Shown: piece by piece, positions 1-10,123 of the stretch
Layout: every line of letters starts with the position of its first letter
How positions within the stretch are numbered: position 1 is the stretch's first letter
From: Octopus sinensis
Taxonomy: Eukaryota
Length of the DNA: 22,178 nt
Assembly: GCF_006345805.1 (NCBI RefSeq)
Contig: NW_021823564.1
Coordinates: 1 to 22,178, forward strand
Reading direction: 5' to 3'
Made by a program: the position numbers and the translations under genes
The notes under the pieces: model-generated
Database searches by the model: none
What the model was told of the DNA's origin: nothing
The model's input: the letters and a program-made list of their open reading frames with translations, nothing else

Positions 1-416
1 CAAAGTATCAGAATTGATGGATTAGTACAGATTAATAATTTCCAACATACAAAAAATGGTTTAAATAGCTACAAAAATATTATTTTTAACATAATAGATT
101 TGCCTTACACTGAAAGATAATGAGATATTTTTTTTTAAAATCATATTTATCAATATTGAAAATTCACCAATAAGAGCAGCCTTCTTTCTTTTTCTTTTCT
201 TTTTCTTTTTTACAAATAATAATGAATCTATGGAAACATCACGTGAGTCAGTAGGTGAAAATATCGTATGATCTACGCATAATGAGAGGATGTAATGTGC
301 ATGTATTTCTTAAAATTTTTCCAGCAACCAATCAAGTCCGGTTGTACAGTTGATTAATCATATTCCGAGATGTTGTTCAATATTTTTGCTTATATGTCGT
401 CATGTTTTTCGCTTAC

Positions 417-497
417 CTCAGTCATTTGAAGAATCATAAAGATGAGATGGAACGACTTGACTGAAGAAGCTTCAGTTTGTAATGTGATATACACATT
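417..497 (-). CDS. Candidate internal coding exon (81 nt, phase 0-0), peptide NVYITLQTEASSVKSFHLIFMILQMTE; product unknown
   Basis: Minus strand reads cattttgcag|AATGTG...ACTGAG|gtaagc. Length is a multiple of 3 and only one frame is open. Peptide not recognised. Confidence 0.3.
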
Positions 498-540
498 CTG
501 CAAAATGTATGCGTGCTTGTGTATGTATAATATCAAAACA

Positions 541-965
541 TTATATATTATATTATATATATAATATAATATATATATATACTTTGATACTTTGATACTT
601 TGATAGGTTTCGGCCATTATTGGCCCAGGCCATGTCTAACTTAATAGCACCACCTGGTAATAGCACCACCTGGTAATATATATTATATATATATATATAT
701 TTAAGTAGATAAATGAATTATCTTATTACGGATAATTCGAGAGATAACCGATACCTAGGTAGCAAACTCACAACAGAAAGAACGCGGTTGAAATTACGAC
801 CATAGGGCATATACTCCGTGCCTTAGTGCGGAAATTTTAAGTTTAATAGTATAAGTATAGGAAATAATGGAGCTGAACGAAGATTTAACAAAATTCCTTT
901 ATTTTATTTTCGACATATGTTTCGAAGTCTGCAAAATCCCTAATTCCGAATGAATTTCCTATACT

Positions 966-996
<31 letters not shown>

Positions 997-1137
997 TATA
1001 TATATGTGTTGAGAACAGGTCGTGGTCTCAAAGCGACGAAAATATTTTGACAAATTAAATTTAAATGTGAAGTGAATCTAACGGTTTTGTGTGTTTCTTA
1101 AATGCTTATAAACACCTTCCACGTTGCTATATATAAT

Positions 1138-1170
<33 letters not shown>

Positions 1171-1575
1171 ATATATTTACACAACAAACATTGTTTTGTA
1201 GTTTCTCTTAACAAATATTCAGCAACTCACAGGAATAAGTTATCACATGTATATAGTTATGTATATTCATACACACACATACACACAACACACACACACA
1301 CACACACGTGTACACAACTTTACCACCTCGACTTAAAAACATATGCTATTGGTCTCACATAGAAACGCGGAAAACCAGACCTATATATACACTTACGTCA
1401 GCATATGTATATTTGTATGTGTGTGTATACATATATAATATTATATATATATACATACATACATATTTGTATATATGTACATGTACATATGCATATCTAA
1501 ATAAATATGTGTGTGTGTGTATGTGTATGAAAGAGAGAGAGAGTGTGTGTAAGGGTGTACGTATGAATGTATATT
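541..1575. repeat. Cluster of (TA)n, (CA)n and (GT)n microsatellites separated by short unique or relic inserts
   Basis: TA tracts at about 541-581, 676-700, 966-1005 and 1133-1172; CA tract 1270-1307; compound TA/CA/GT 1385-1575. Confidence 0.95.
642..678. repeat. 16-bp tandem direct duplication (TAATAGCACCACCTGG x2, plus partial)
   Basis: Identical units at 642-657 and 658-673, followed by TAATA. Confidence 0.95.
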
Positions 1576-1887
1576 ATACATATATCGGATAGAAAACATT
1601 TCGAATATTTTTCAATAGTTTGCCTTAGAACGAACTCTTGTGGAATGAACGATTAGTTTGATTGAAGAAGGTTGAATCTGGTCTGTCTTTCTCAGACTGA
1701 TAACACGATCGTCTGCTTCACTGAAATATTTTACAGCAACAACAACAACAACGATAATGATAATAATAATAAAAATTTATGGGCAAAACTCCGACAATAT
1801 GAAAAGCAGCAGAAACAACAAGGATAAAATAATGATAATTTTGAATATTTATTATTACATATTTATGTTAACAACAACAACGATGAA

Positions 1888-1888
1888 A

Positions 1889-1956
<68 letters not shown>

Positions 1957-2035
1957 TAATAATAATAATAATAATAGTAATAGTAATATTAATAATGGTG
2001 ATGACGATGATAATGATAATAATAATAGTTATAAT
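1888..2035. repeat. (AAT)n microsatellite with degenerate GAT/AGT flank
   Basis: More than 20 uninterrupted AAT units from about 1889; explains the poly-Asn ORF 1757-2059. Confidence 0.97.
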
Positions 2036-2124
2036 ATGAAAAAGAAAGAAGAATTATGAAAATCGAAATATAAACTTCAAACGGATGTCTAGAAGTCATA
2101 AAAATGATTCATTTTCTTTTGTCA

Positions 2125-2328
2125 CACATTTTTTGCATATATATATATATATATGCACATATGTGTGTTTATAGACACATATAGATATGTATGTGAATGT
2201 ATACATACATATACATATATATATGCACAAATATGTGCGTATATACACACATATAGATATGTATATGAATGTATATGTACATACCCAAGCACACACGTAC
2301 ATACGCCACCATATATGTATTAATAGGA

Positions 2329-2360
<32 letters not shown>

Positions 2361-2736
2361 ATATTTATATATGAATATTCACAAATATATTGATGTTACT
2401 GACGAAGAAGAGGAGGAGGAGGAGGAGGAAAGAAATCGGAGTCGAATTGTTAATTCAGTAGGTCACTTTCAGTCTCCATCCGCCCACCCAACCACACATC
2501 GACTTGGTTCTCTGTCTATATACACACACACAAGCACACATACACGCAGGTATACACGTTTGTATATATATGCATACATACACACATACATACACACATA
2601 CACACATACATACATACATACACATAACCAGAGAATGCATATCTCTCTCTGTCTGTGTATCCATCCATCAGCTTGGTTGCCTTTCTCTCTCCATCTCTCT
2701 CTCCTATTTCTTCTCTCTCTCTCTCTTTATATATAC

Positions 2737-2780
<44 letters not shown>

Positions 2781-2911
2781 CTATCATACACACACACATG
2801 TATTTATACATATATATATATATATATAATATATATATAATGCATTTACATGTGAACATATATATATATAAATATATATGTAAACGTACGTACACATTCT
2901 TGTAGGTCTGT

Positions 2912-2953
<42 letters not shown>

Positions 2954-3252
2954 TAGATTGAAAGACATATATAGTGGATATATATACATGCATATATACA
3001 TATATATATATACATACATGCATAAATATATACACATATATATAAACATACACATATACACATATATACATATACATATATATGCATATACATATATATA
3101 CATATATACATATACACATATATACATATACATATATACATATAAATATATACATATAAATATATGCATATACATATATGCATATACATATATACATATA
3201 CACACATTACATATATACACATATATATAAGTATATGCATATATAATATATA

Positions 3253-3293
<41 letters not shown>
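2125..3293. repeat. Long compound TA/CA/TATACA microsatellite block, including (GAG)n at about 2408-2428
   Basis: Seen directly; source of the Y/I/H/T-rich ORFs. Confidence 0.95.
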
Positions 3294-3296
<3 letters not shown>

Positions 3297-3689
3297 TCTT
3301 TTTACTCTTTTACTTGTTTCAGTCAGTTTGACGCGGCCATGCTGGAGCACCGCCTTTAGTCGAGCAACTCGGCCCCGGGATTTATTCTTTGTAAGCGCAG
3401 TACTTATTCTATCGGTCTCTTTTGCCGAACCGCTAAGTGACGTGGACGTAAACATACCAGCATCGGTTGTCAAGCAATGCTAGGGGGACAAACACAGACA
3501 CACAAACATATACATATATATGTATACATATATACGACAGGCTTCTTTCAGTTTCCGTCTACCAAATACACTCACAAGGTATTGGTCGGCCCGGGGCTAT
3601 AGCAGAAGACACTTGCCCAAGATGCCAGGCAGTGGGACTGAACCCGGAACCATGTGGTTGGTTAGCAAGCTACTTACCACACAGCCACT
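3293..3689 (-). mobile_element. Full-length tRNA-derived SINE, family A (octopus OR-type)
   Basis: Minus-strand head AGTGGCTGTGTGGTAAGTAGC...GGTTCAGTCCC (A/B-box-like), then a CORE-like CTTGGGCAAGTGTCTT segment, internal CA/TA tract and tail ending GAAACAAGTAAAAGAGTAAAA. Homologous to copies at 5.2, 12.6 and 16.6 kb. Confidence 0.9.
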
Positions 3690-3856
3690 CCTCCTATATA
3701 TATATTCATTCTTTCCTGTAAATGAATATGAACTTTATTCTTAATTTAAACCTATTAATTTTAAGAAATATCATTTCCTCAAAACACTAGGTATAGAACC
3801 AGCATTTCCTTAGATGTAGCCATCCCCTTACGAGATTAACTTATCCTCCAAGCAAC

Positions 3857-3891
<35 letters not shown>

Positions 3892-3960
3892 TGTATAAAT
3901 AACGGTGGTACCACAGCATGGTCGAAGCTTTCACGTTGAAAGTAGTTTAGAAATATATAC

Positions 3961-3998
<38 letters not shown>

Positions 3999-4260
3999 AA
4001 TATATATGACGTGTACTATATATACACATATACAAATATACATATATACATATATTAACATATATACATATATATATATACACATATACACACTATATAC
4101 ATACATACATATATACATACATATATATATATATATATACATATATACACATATATAAACATATATATATAACATCTATGCACATATATGCATACATATA
4201 TACATATATATATTACATATACACATAAATATACGTAAGACTAAAAGGGTACGGGCGCCG

Positions 4261-4300
<40 letters not shown>
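3857..4300. repeat. Compound (TA)n/(TATACA)n tract with two short embedded unique inserts (about 3889-3955 and 4230-4262)
   Basis: Seen directly. Confidence 0.92.
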
Positions 4301-4303
<3 letters not shown>

Positions 4304-4304
4304 G

Positions 4305-4406
4305 TAAAAAAAATACAAACTGGGACAAGAACGCAAAACATTTAGAAGACGATACAAAAAACAGGGACGGGACATTCGAAGCCTTCAATCTTCAGTCAAG
4401 AACCGG
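4305..4406 (+). mobile_element. Interspersed repeat 'Y', possibly a Penelope-like terminal relic
   Basis: A second, inverted copy lies at 19142-19232. Carries TTCGAAGCCTTCAATCTTCAG, resembling PLE terminal motifs. Classification is inference. Confidence 0.55.
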
Positions 4407-4565
4407 ACACCAAAAAAATCGTCGAACACAATGAGAAGCGAAAACATAAAAACAGAACCATGGAAACGGACATTAAACAACGAAAGAACAGGGTACAAGA
4501 CATACAACACAAGGAAAATTCCCCTTCTTCAGTCGCCTTCATTTCGTCTACTCCGCGTTCGAAGG
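4405..4565 (+). mobile_element. Interspersed repeat 'X', possibly a Penelope-like terminal relic
   Basis: Second copy at 18759-18926, roughly 80% similar by eye (GTCGAACACAATGAG...GGAAAATTCCCCTTCTTCAG...TTCGAAGG). Confidence 0.6.
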
Positions 4566-4589
4566 ATTTTGTCCTTGTTTGTCTCCTCT

Positions 4590-4790
4590 GTGTTTAGCCC
4601 CTTGTGGGTAGTAAAGAAATAGGTACTTAGTCTGTCTTCACGTTCTGAGTTCAAATTCCGCCGAGGTCGATTTTGCCTTTCCTCCTTTAGGAGTCGATTA
4701 AATAAGTACCAGTTACGCGCTGGGGTCGATGTGATCAACTAGTCCCTTCCCCAAAATTTCAGGCCTTGTGCCTAGAGTAGAAAGGATTAT
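4590..4790 (+). mobile_element. SINE family B, lacking the normal 5' head
   Basis: GTTCTGAGTTCAAATTCCGCCGAGGTCGA...TAAATAAGTACCAGTT...GGCCTTGTGCCTAG; homologous to the copy at 14665-14876. Confidence 0.85.
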
Positions 4791-4817
4791 TATATAAACC
4801 GTATTATTATGTATATA

Positions 4818-4995
4818 CGGCAATCCCTCGGCTATTGCGGGTGTTACGATCCAAAACCCCCACAGAAATAATTAAAATCTAAAAAAATATAAATAGCTAT
4901 CGGCCACAGAATCGCGCGATATACTGAGGAGTCTGCGATATAAATTTACATATATTAAACCAGAAAAATCCGACATGTACTGAGTGCGCGATACC
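4818..4995 (+). mobile_element. Possible pogo/Tigger-like (Tc1/mariner) DNA transposon end
   Basis: TA followed by CGGCAATCCCTCGGCTATTGCGGGTGTTACG, resembling CAGTAATCCCTCG-type TIRs. No convincing partner TIR found. Confidence 0.4.
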
Positions 4996-5115
4996 TGATT
5001 ATTATATATACCACATTACAATATACACCTCTTTATTATACACACTATATAAGTATGTACACCCTATAACTATATAACCTTCGTTACTATATATACACCA
5101 ATTATTGCTATAGAG

Positions 5116-5613
5116 CAGTGGTTCCCAACCTGGGGTCTGTGGCCCCCTAATAGTCCGAAAAAGTAGTACTGGGGGTTCGTGAGCTAAATTCAAAGTTTCA
5201 TATTCTTTTATTCTTTAATGTGTTTCAGTCATTTGACTGCAGCCATGCGGAAGCACCACCTTTTAGTCGAGCAGGTCGACCTCCCCCCAGGACTTACTCT
5301 TTTGCAAGCCTAAGTTACGGGGACGTAAACACACCAGCATCGGTTGTCAAGCGGCAACCGATGCTTGTTGTCAAGGGGCAAACACAGACACACAAACATA
5401 TAACACACACACACACACACACGCACACACACACACATATATAGACGACGAGCTTCGTTCAGTTTCCGTCTACCAAATCCACTCACAAGACTTTGGTCGG
5501 CCCGAGGCGAAATAGAAGACCCTTGCCCAAGGTGCCATGCAGTGGGACTGAAACCAGAACCATGTGATTGGCAAGTAAGCTACTTACCACACAGCTACTA
5601 TATATATACACAC

Positions 5614-5662
<49 letters not shown>

Positions 5663-5727
5663 AGGATAAGCATATTAAAAGGGGTCTGTGGGAAAACGTA
5701 TTTAAATAAAAAGGTTCGGAACCACTG
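5116..5727. mobile_element. hAT/Charlie-like MITE with nested SINE
   Basis: 16-bp TIRs CAGTGGTTCCCAACCT (5116-5131) and AGGTTCGGAACCACTG (5712-5727), 15/16 match. The 8-bp flanks do not match, so no TSD is retained. Confidence 0.7.
5203..5598 (-). mobile_element. Full-length SINE family A nested in the MITE
   Basis: Collinear with 3293-3689; internal (CA)n tract at about 5400-5437. Confidence 0.9.
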
Positions 5728-6342
5728 TGAAAAGGTAGCGAACCTCTGGGATACACCATTCTATATTACACACTACCTAGTGTGTGTGTGTGTGTGTGTG
5801 TGTGTGCGGAAATGTTTAGATGTGTGCGAGAGACTGTGATTACGTGCGTGCGTAAAAGCCCCTGTGTGTGTGTGAGAGAAACAGAGAGAGCGAGAGACTG
5901 TATGTATATGTATATTTGCGTGTGTGTGTGTGTGTGCGTATATATATGTGTTAATATGTCTATATGCAATCGTATGTGTTTATTTAACCGTGTGAATGTG
6001 AAGTTCTGTGTACATGACAATATGTGTGTGAATGTGTGTGAATATGTTTTTTATGAATACACATCATTCTTTCTTTCTCTTCCTCTATCTTTCTGTCAGT
6101 CTCTCTAGTTCCCTGTCTCGCTTTCATTCTCTCTTTCTCTCTCTCCCTCTTTCTACGTCACTTTCTATCTCTATCTCTTTCTCTCTCACTCATTCTCCCT
6201 CTCTCTAGTCCACTTCCTTTCCGTCTTTCTCACACACTCATTCTCTTGTGAACTTTCTTTCTCACTTTCACTCTCTCTAGCTCACTCACTCTTTCTCACT
6301 CGCTCTAATTCATATTCTTTCTCCCACCCACCTCTCTCTCTC

Positions 6343-6382
<40 letters not shown>
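5600..6382. repeat. (CA)n, (GT)n and CT-rich low-complexity tracts
   Basis: CA 5607-5660, GT-rich 5780-6040, CT-rich 6060-6382. Confidence 0.92.
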
Positions 6383-6383
<1 letters not shown>

Positions 6384-6649
6384 GCCGTCATGCAAGCAAT
6401 GGTCAGAAAAGAAGAAAGACAGAAAAAAGAAAAGCGATAGAGGAAGGGAGAGAATGAGAGAAAGAAAGAGAAAAATTGATTGACGGGGTGAGTGGAGTGG
6501 AGGTGGAGGATTAAAGACGAAAAAGAACAAAAGGCGTCAAAAGAAATCTTGTCCAATTATTAATTATTAATTACTAATTAGTAATCTGTTATTAATCCAT
6601 AATAATTGTCTACGGACGCCATATTGTTTGTTGAAGTCTGGCCGATATT

Positions 6650-7069
6650 TTTTAGTTATTTGTTATTTGTTATTGCACTGTTATTGTTATTGTCGTTGTT
6701 GTTGTTAATGATGATGACGGTGGTGGTGGTGGTGGTGGCGGTGGTGGTGGTGGTGATGTACTCTTATCGTTATTTCTGTTTTTTTTTGGTTTTTTTGCAA
6801 TGTCTGTCGATGCTGTTGCTGATGATAATGATGACAACGACGACGACGATCAAGATGACGAAAATTACGATAATGAGGATGAGAATGATGACGACGACGA
6901 TGACAAAGACGACCATCATCATCATCGTCATCATCTTCAATTTCATCATCATTATCATCATCATCATCATCTGTTTCATCATTATCATCATCATCATCAT
7001 CAAATTCGTCATCATCATCATCATCATCATCAATTCGTCATCATCATCATCATCATCATTAATTTCATC

Positions 7070-7103
<34 letters not shown>

Positions 7104-7225
7104 ATTTCATCTTCATCATCAATTTCATTATCATCGTCATCATCATCATCGTCATCAATTTCATCTTCATCAATTTCATTATCATCGTCATCATCATCAT
7201 CATCGTCGTCATCATCGTCATCATG
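6650..7225. repeat. Trinucleotide array (GTT/GGT, GAC/GAT, then CAT with ATTT interruptions)
   Basis: Seen directly; produces the poly-H/I/S/D/M ORFs. Confidence 0.95.
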
Positions 7226-7539
7226 ACAATGTCGAGGATGATCGTGCTGGCAGTAATGGCTATTGTTTGTTTTGGGTATTTTTTTCTGGTCATGCCTTCT
7301 TGCTGGTTTTAGGGGTTTTACCTGTATTCTGCTGGCGGCAGTGGCAGGAACGGTGGCGGTGTTTATAAACAATTTTACGGATTTAGATTTTGGCGAAAAT
7401 ATTGGAGGGTGACGGGTCTGATAATATTTATTCTGCTTCACTCATTCCTACTGCTACCATAAGAGTATCCGTCTTTGGTACCCTGGCACCCTGGTACACT
7501 TTCGCATGCTTCGCTCTCATTCTCTGCAAATGCTTGCGT

Positions 7540-7742
7540 ATATATTTCTATATATGTATATATGCATATGTATACATGCATGTACATGTGTATCTCTTTC
7601 TCTCTATATATATATATATATATGAGTGTGTGTGTGTGTGTGTGTGTGTGAGGAATTTACGGTAAGCTGAGGACTAGAAAAAATTTTCAATGTTTATCAA
7701 TCTATCTATCTGTACATGTACTCACGCATACACACATACAAA

Positions 7743-7778
<36 letters not shown>

Positions 7779-8049
7779 TCGACATGAAATAACTACAGAC
7801 AGGAAAGATGCGTGATGCAGATGTACAAATGTTGTAGTATTAATAAGAAAATACATGTATGCACGCAAGGTGCAAGTGATTCTGCATGGTATATGCGTGA
7901 TATGCATGTGAGTCTGTAGGAAGTTTCAAAGACGTGAACAGCCTCTCTGATTACACAAACACTTCTCTACTCTGTTTAAAGAAATTTTACCACGTCATTT
8001 TCAAATGACGCGCTATTTTTCATCATCATATATCTTGTCTCTATGTATG

Positions 8050-8091
<42 letters not shown>

Positions 8092-8224
8092 TGTGTGTGT
8101 GATTATATGTCTGTATTAAATTAAACACACACACACAAATATGTGTGTACGTATGTACGTATGTACGTATACATACACAGACACTCACGCACACACATAA
8201 TATATATATTATATATATATTATA

Positions 8225-8264
<40 letters not shown>

Positions 8265-8277
8265 TATATTATATATA
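7540..8277. repeat. TA/GT/CA microsatellites interspersed with unique sequence
   Basis: Tracts at 7540-7650, 7725-7778, 8053-8100 and 8200-8277. Confidence 0.9.
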
Positions 8278-8463
8278 GGGAGAATTCACAAAAAAAAAAA
8301 AGCCAGAAGCAGAGACTGGTTTGTGTAGCAACAAACAGATGTATTAGTATTACGTTCGGGGAAAAGTCTTTAACGTTTCGAGCCTACGCTCTTCCACAGA
8401 AAGGAACGCAGAAAGAAACAAGGAGAGAAAATAAAGAATGTGTAGTGGCTAGCGATCTGTCAT
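8278..8463 (+). mobile_element. Possible Penelope-like terminal relic next to (TA)n
   Basis: Contains AACGTTTCGAGCCTACGCTCTTCCACAG, an ACGTTTCG...TCTTC motif I associate with PLE ends; abuts a TA tract. Confidence 0.4.
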
Positions 8464-8735
8464 CCACACACACACACATTCTATGTATGCATACATGACT
8501 AGTGTTTTCCTTTTCTGTCATAATCACTAAAGCTTAACTACATACATATAAGGATAAGTGGACAAAGAATAGAAAGAGGCAATCGCCATATTTTGTAGGA
8601 GTTACGTCTGTTATTATTTAAAACAGTTTGATTTGGTCTCATGCAACTTGGAATTTCTTAGGAGACATTAAGAAGCCTACAAATCTTTAAGGTACATGGA
8701 TCCAAATGAAACCGTTTCAAGTAATAATAATACAA

Positions 8736-9166
8736 GTCAGTTGTTTGATCTTAACCAGTTAAGCATGTCCCTTAGTGGCTGACGATATGTGCATCTCTGA
8801 TCACGAGCAGAAGTAGTGGGGGAGCATCATAGCCATGTGTTGAAAGGAATTCTTAGAATTTAAATCATTCACCTTTGGAAACATAGGTGATTCGTTCAAC
8901 ATCCTTAAACAACCCTTATTCAGGGACCTTTTGGGCGGGATGGGCTACTCGACCTGAAGAAAATTCTAGCTGGGCCCCACCTGCAAGGTCATGCGCTGTT
9001 TATCTTGATATGAAATCACCATGTCGCGCACATATGGTTGTGATGCATGTGTCTGGTGTACCCTTATCAGATGGGTAGTCATGATGGGTATACTGTGCTT
9101 CGTATATTTTACCCCAGTGTCACTTTAATGACATGCACTGTACTCGCACACAATAATAATAATAAT
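8736..9166 (+). mobile_element. Unclassified interspersed repeat ending in (AAT)n
   Basis: GC-richer block bounded by (AAT)3 and (AAT)5. Resembles a repeat I recall from Octopus sequence; single copy in this window, unverified. Confidence 0.4.
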
Positions 9167-9433
9167 AGGTGAAGATAGTGCCAATTATTGTTGAGTCCTT
9201 GTGATCAGCATCAGAAGGCATCAAGAGAAATATAAAGGAAATTGGAGTAGAGTGCCCAACAGAACTGTTACAAAACGTTTGCCTCCTTTGCACAACCAAA
9301 ATAATCAGGAAAATATTAGACAGCTGAAAAGAATGGATAGCATGGTGCCGTAGGCTGCAGGTAGTAAGCCCGCTACGCATACAAGACTCCAGGAGCTCCA
9401 TCAAAACCCGTGATAAAATGAAATAATAATAAT
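9167..9433 (+). mobile_element. 5'-truncated R4/Dong-clade non-LTR retrotransposon relic (ORF C-terminus plus 3' UTR)
   Basis: 9169-9327 translates VKIVPIIVESL*SASEGIKRNIKEIGVECPTELLQNVCLLCTTKIIRKILDS*, fitting the R4/Dong C-terminal pattern VxPIxxGxLG...IG...LQKxxLLGTxxIxRKxL. Flanked by (AAT)n on both sides. Confidence 0.75.
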
Positions 9434-9440
9434 AAATATT

Positions 9441-9558
9441 TCTACTATTGGCACAAAGCCTGGAATTTTGGAGGAGGAGGCTTGTCGATTATGTCTACCC
9501 CCAGTGCGTAACTGGTACTCATTTCATCGACCTCGAAGGAATGAAAAGCAAAGTCAAA
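9441..9558 (-). mobile_element. SINE family B, 3' fragment
   Basis: GGCACAAAGCC...CCCCAGTGCGTAACTGGTACTCATTTCATCGACCTCGAAGGAATGAAAAGCAAAGTC aligns with other B copies. Confidence 0.8.
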
Positions 9559-9739
9559 TATAGAGATAGATATATAATATAATATATTATATATTGCAAC
9601 TCGAGTTTTGCGCCACTGCAATCTTCAGGTGAGAAGGTGGCGCTGGTGTGGAACTTGTTTAGTTTTAGTAACATAAACATATCCTCTAGAACACGTATTG
9701 AGCACTCTTCCTTTATTCGTTCGACGCAAACCAACATAT

Positions 9740-9946
9740 GTGTTGTGTGTGTGTGTGTGTGTGTGTGTGAGTGCGCTTACACATGCATATGCACATATAT
9801 GTGTATGTGTTTATATATTTTTATATGCATGGATATATGTATATATTTATTTGTGTGCGTGTGTGTGTGTGTGTACAGTTCTGACATTAAAATCACAGCC
9901 ACCCTAACTACCACCACTGTTGTTACTACTATTACTATACTACTGT

Positions 9947-9991
<45 letters not shown>

Positions 9992-10089
9992 AACTACCAG
10001 CAGCACCAAAAAGACAACTAGCCACCACCACCAGCATGACATCCATTACCACCACGACAACAACCTCCATCATCGGCACCATCACCATC

Positions 10090-10123
<34 letters not shown>

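Noticed and set aside
325-464. Plus-strand frame with internal TGA (TNQVRLYS*LIIFRDVVQYF...MERLD*), suggesting selenocysteine or readthrough
   Set aside because: No match to any selenoprotein motif I know, no SECIS recognised, and it overlaps a better-supported minus-strand exon candidate.
7322-7417. Cadherin-like look of HPPIFSPKSKSV on the minus strand
   Set aside because: Lacks the DxNDN, LDRE and AxDxG calcium-binding motifs; octopus protocadherin ectodomains lie in long exons.
6606-7441. Overlapping 170-223 aa ORFs (poly-H/I/S/D/M)
   Set aside because: Open on both strands and in several frames because of (CAT)n; no coding signal.
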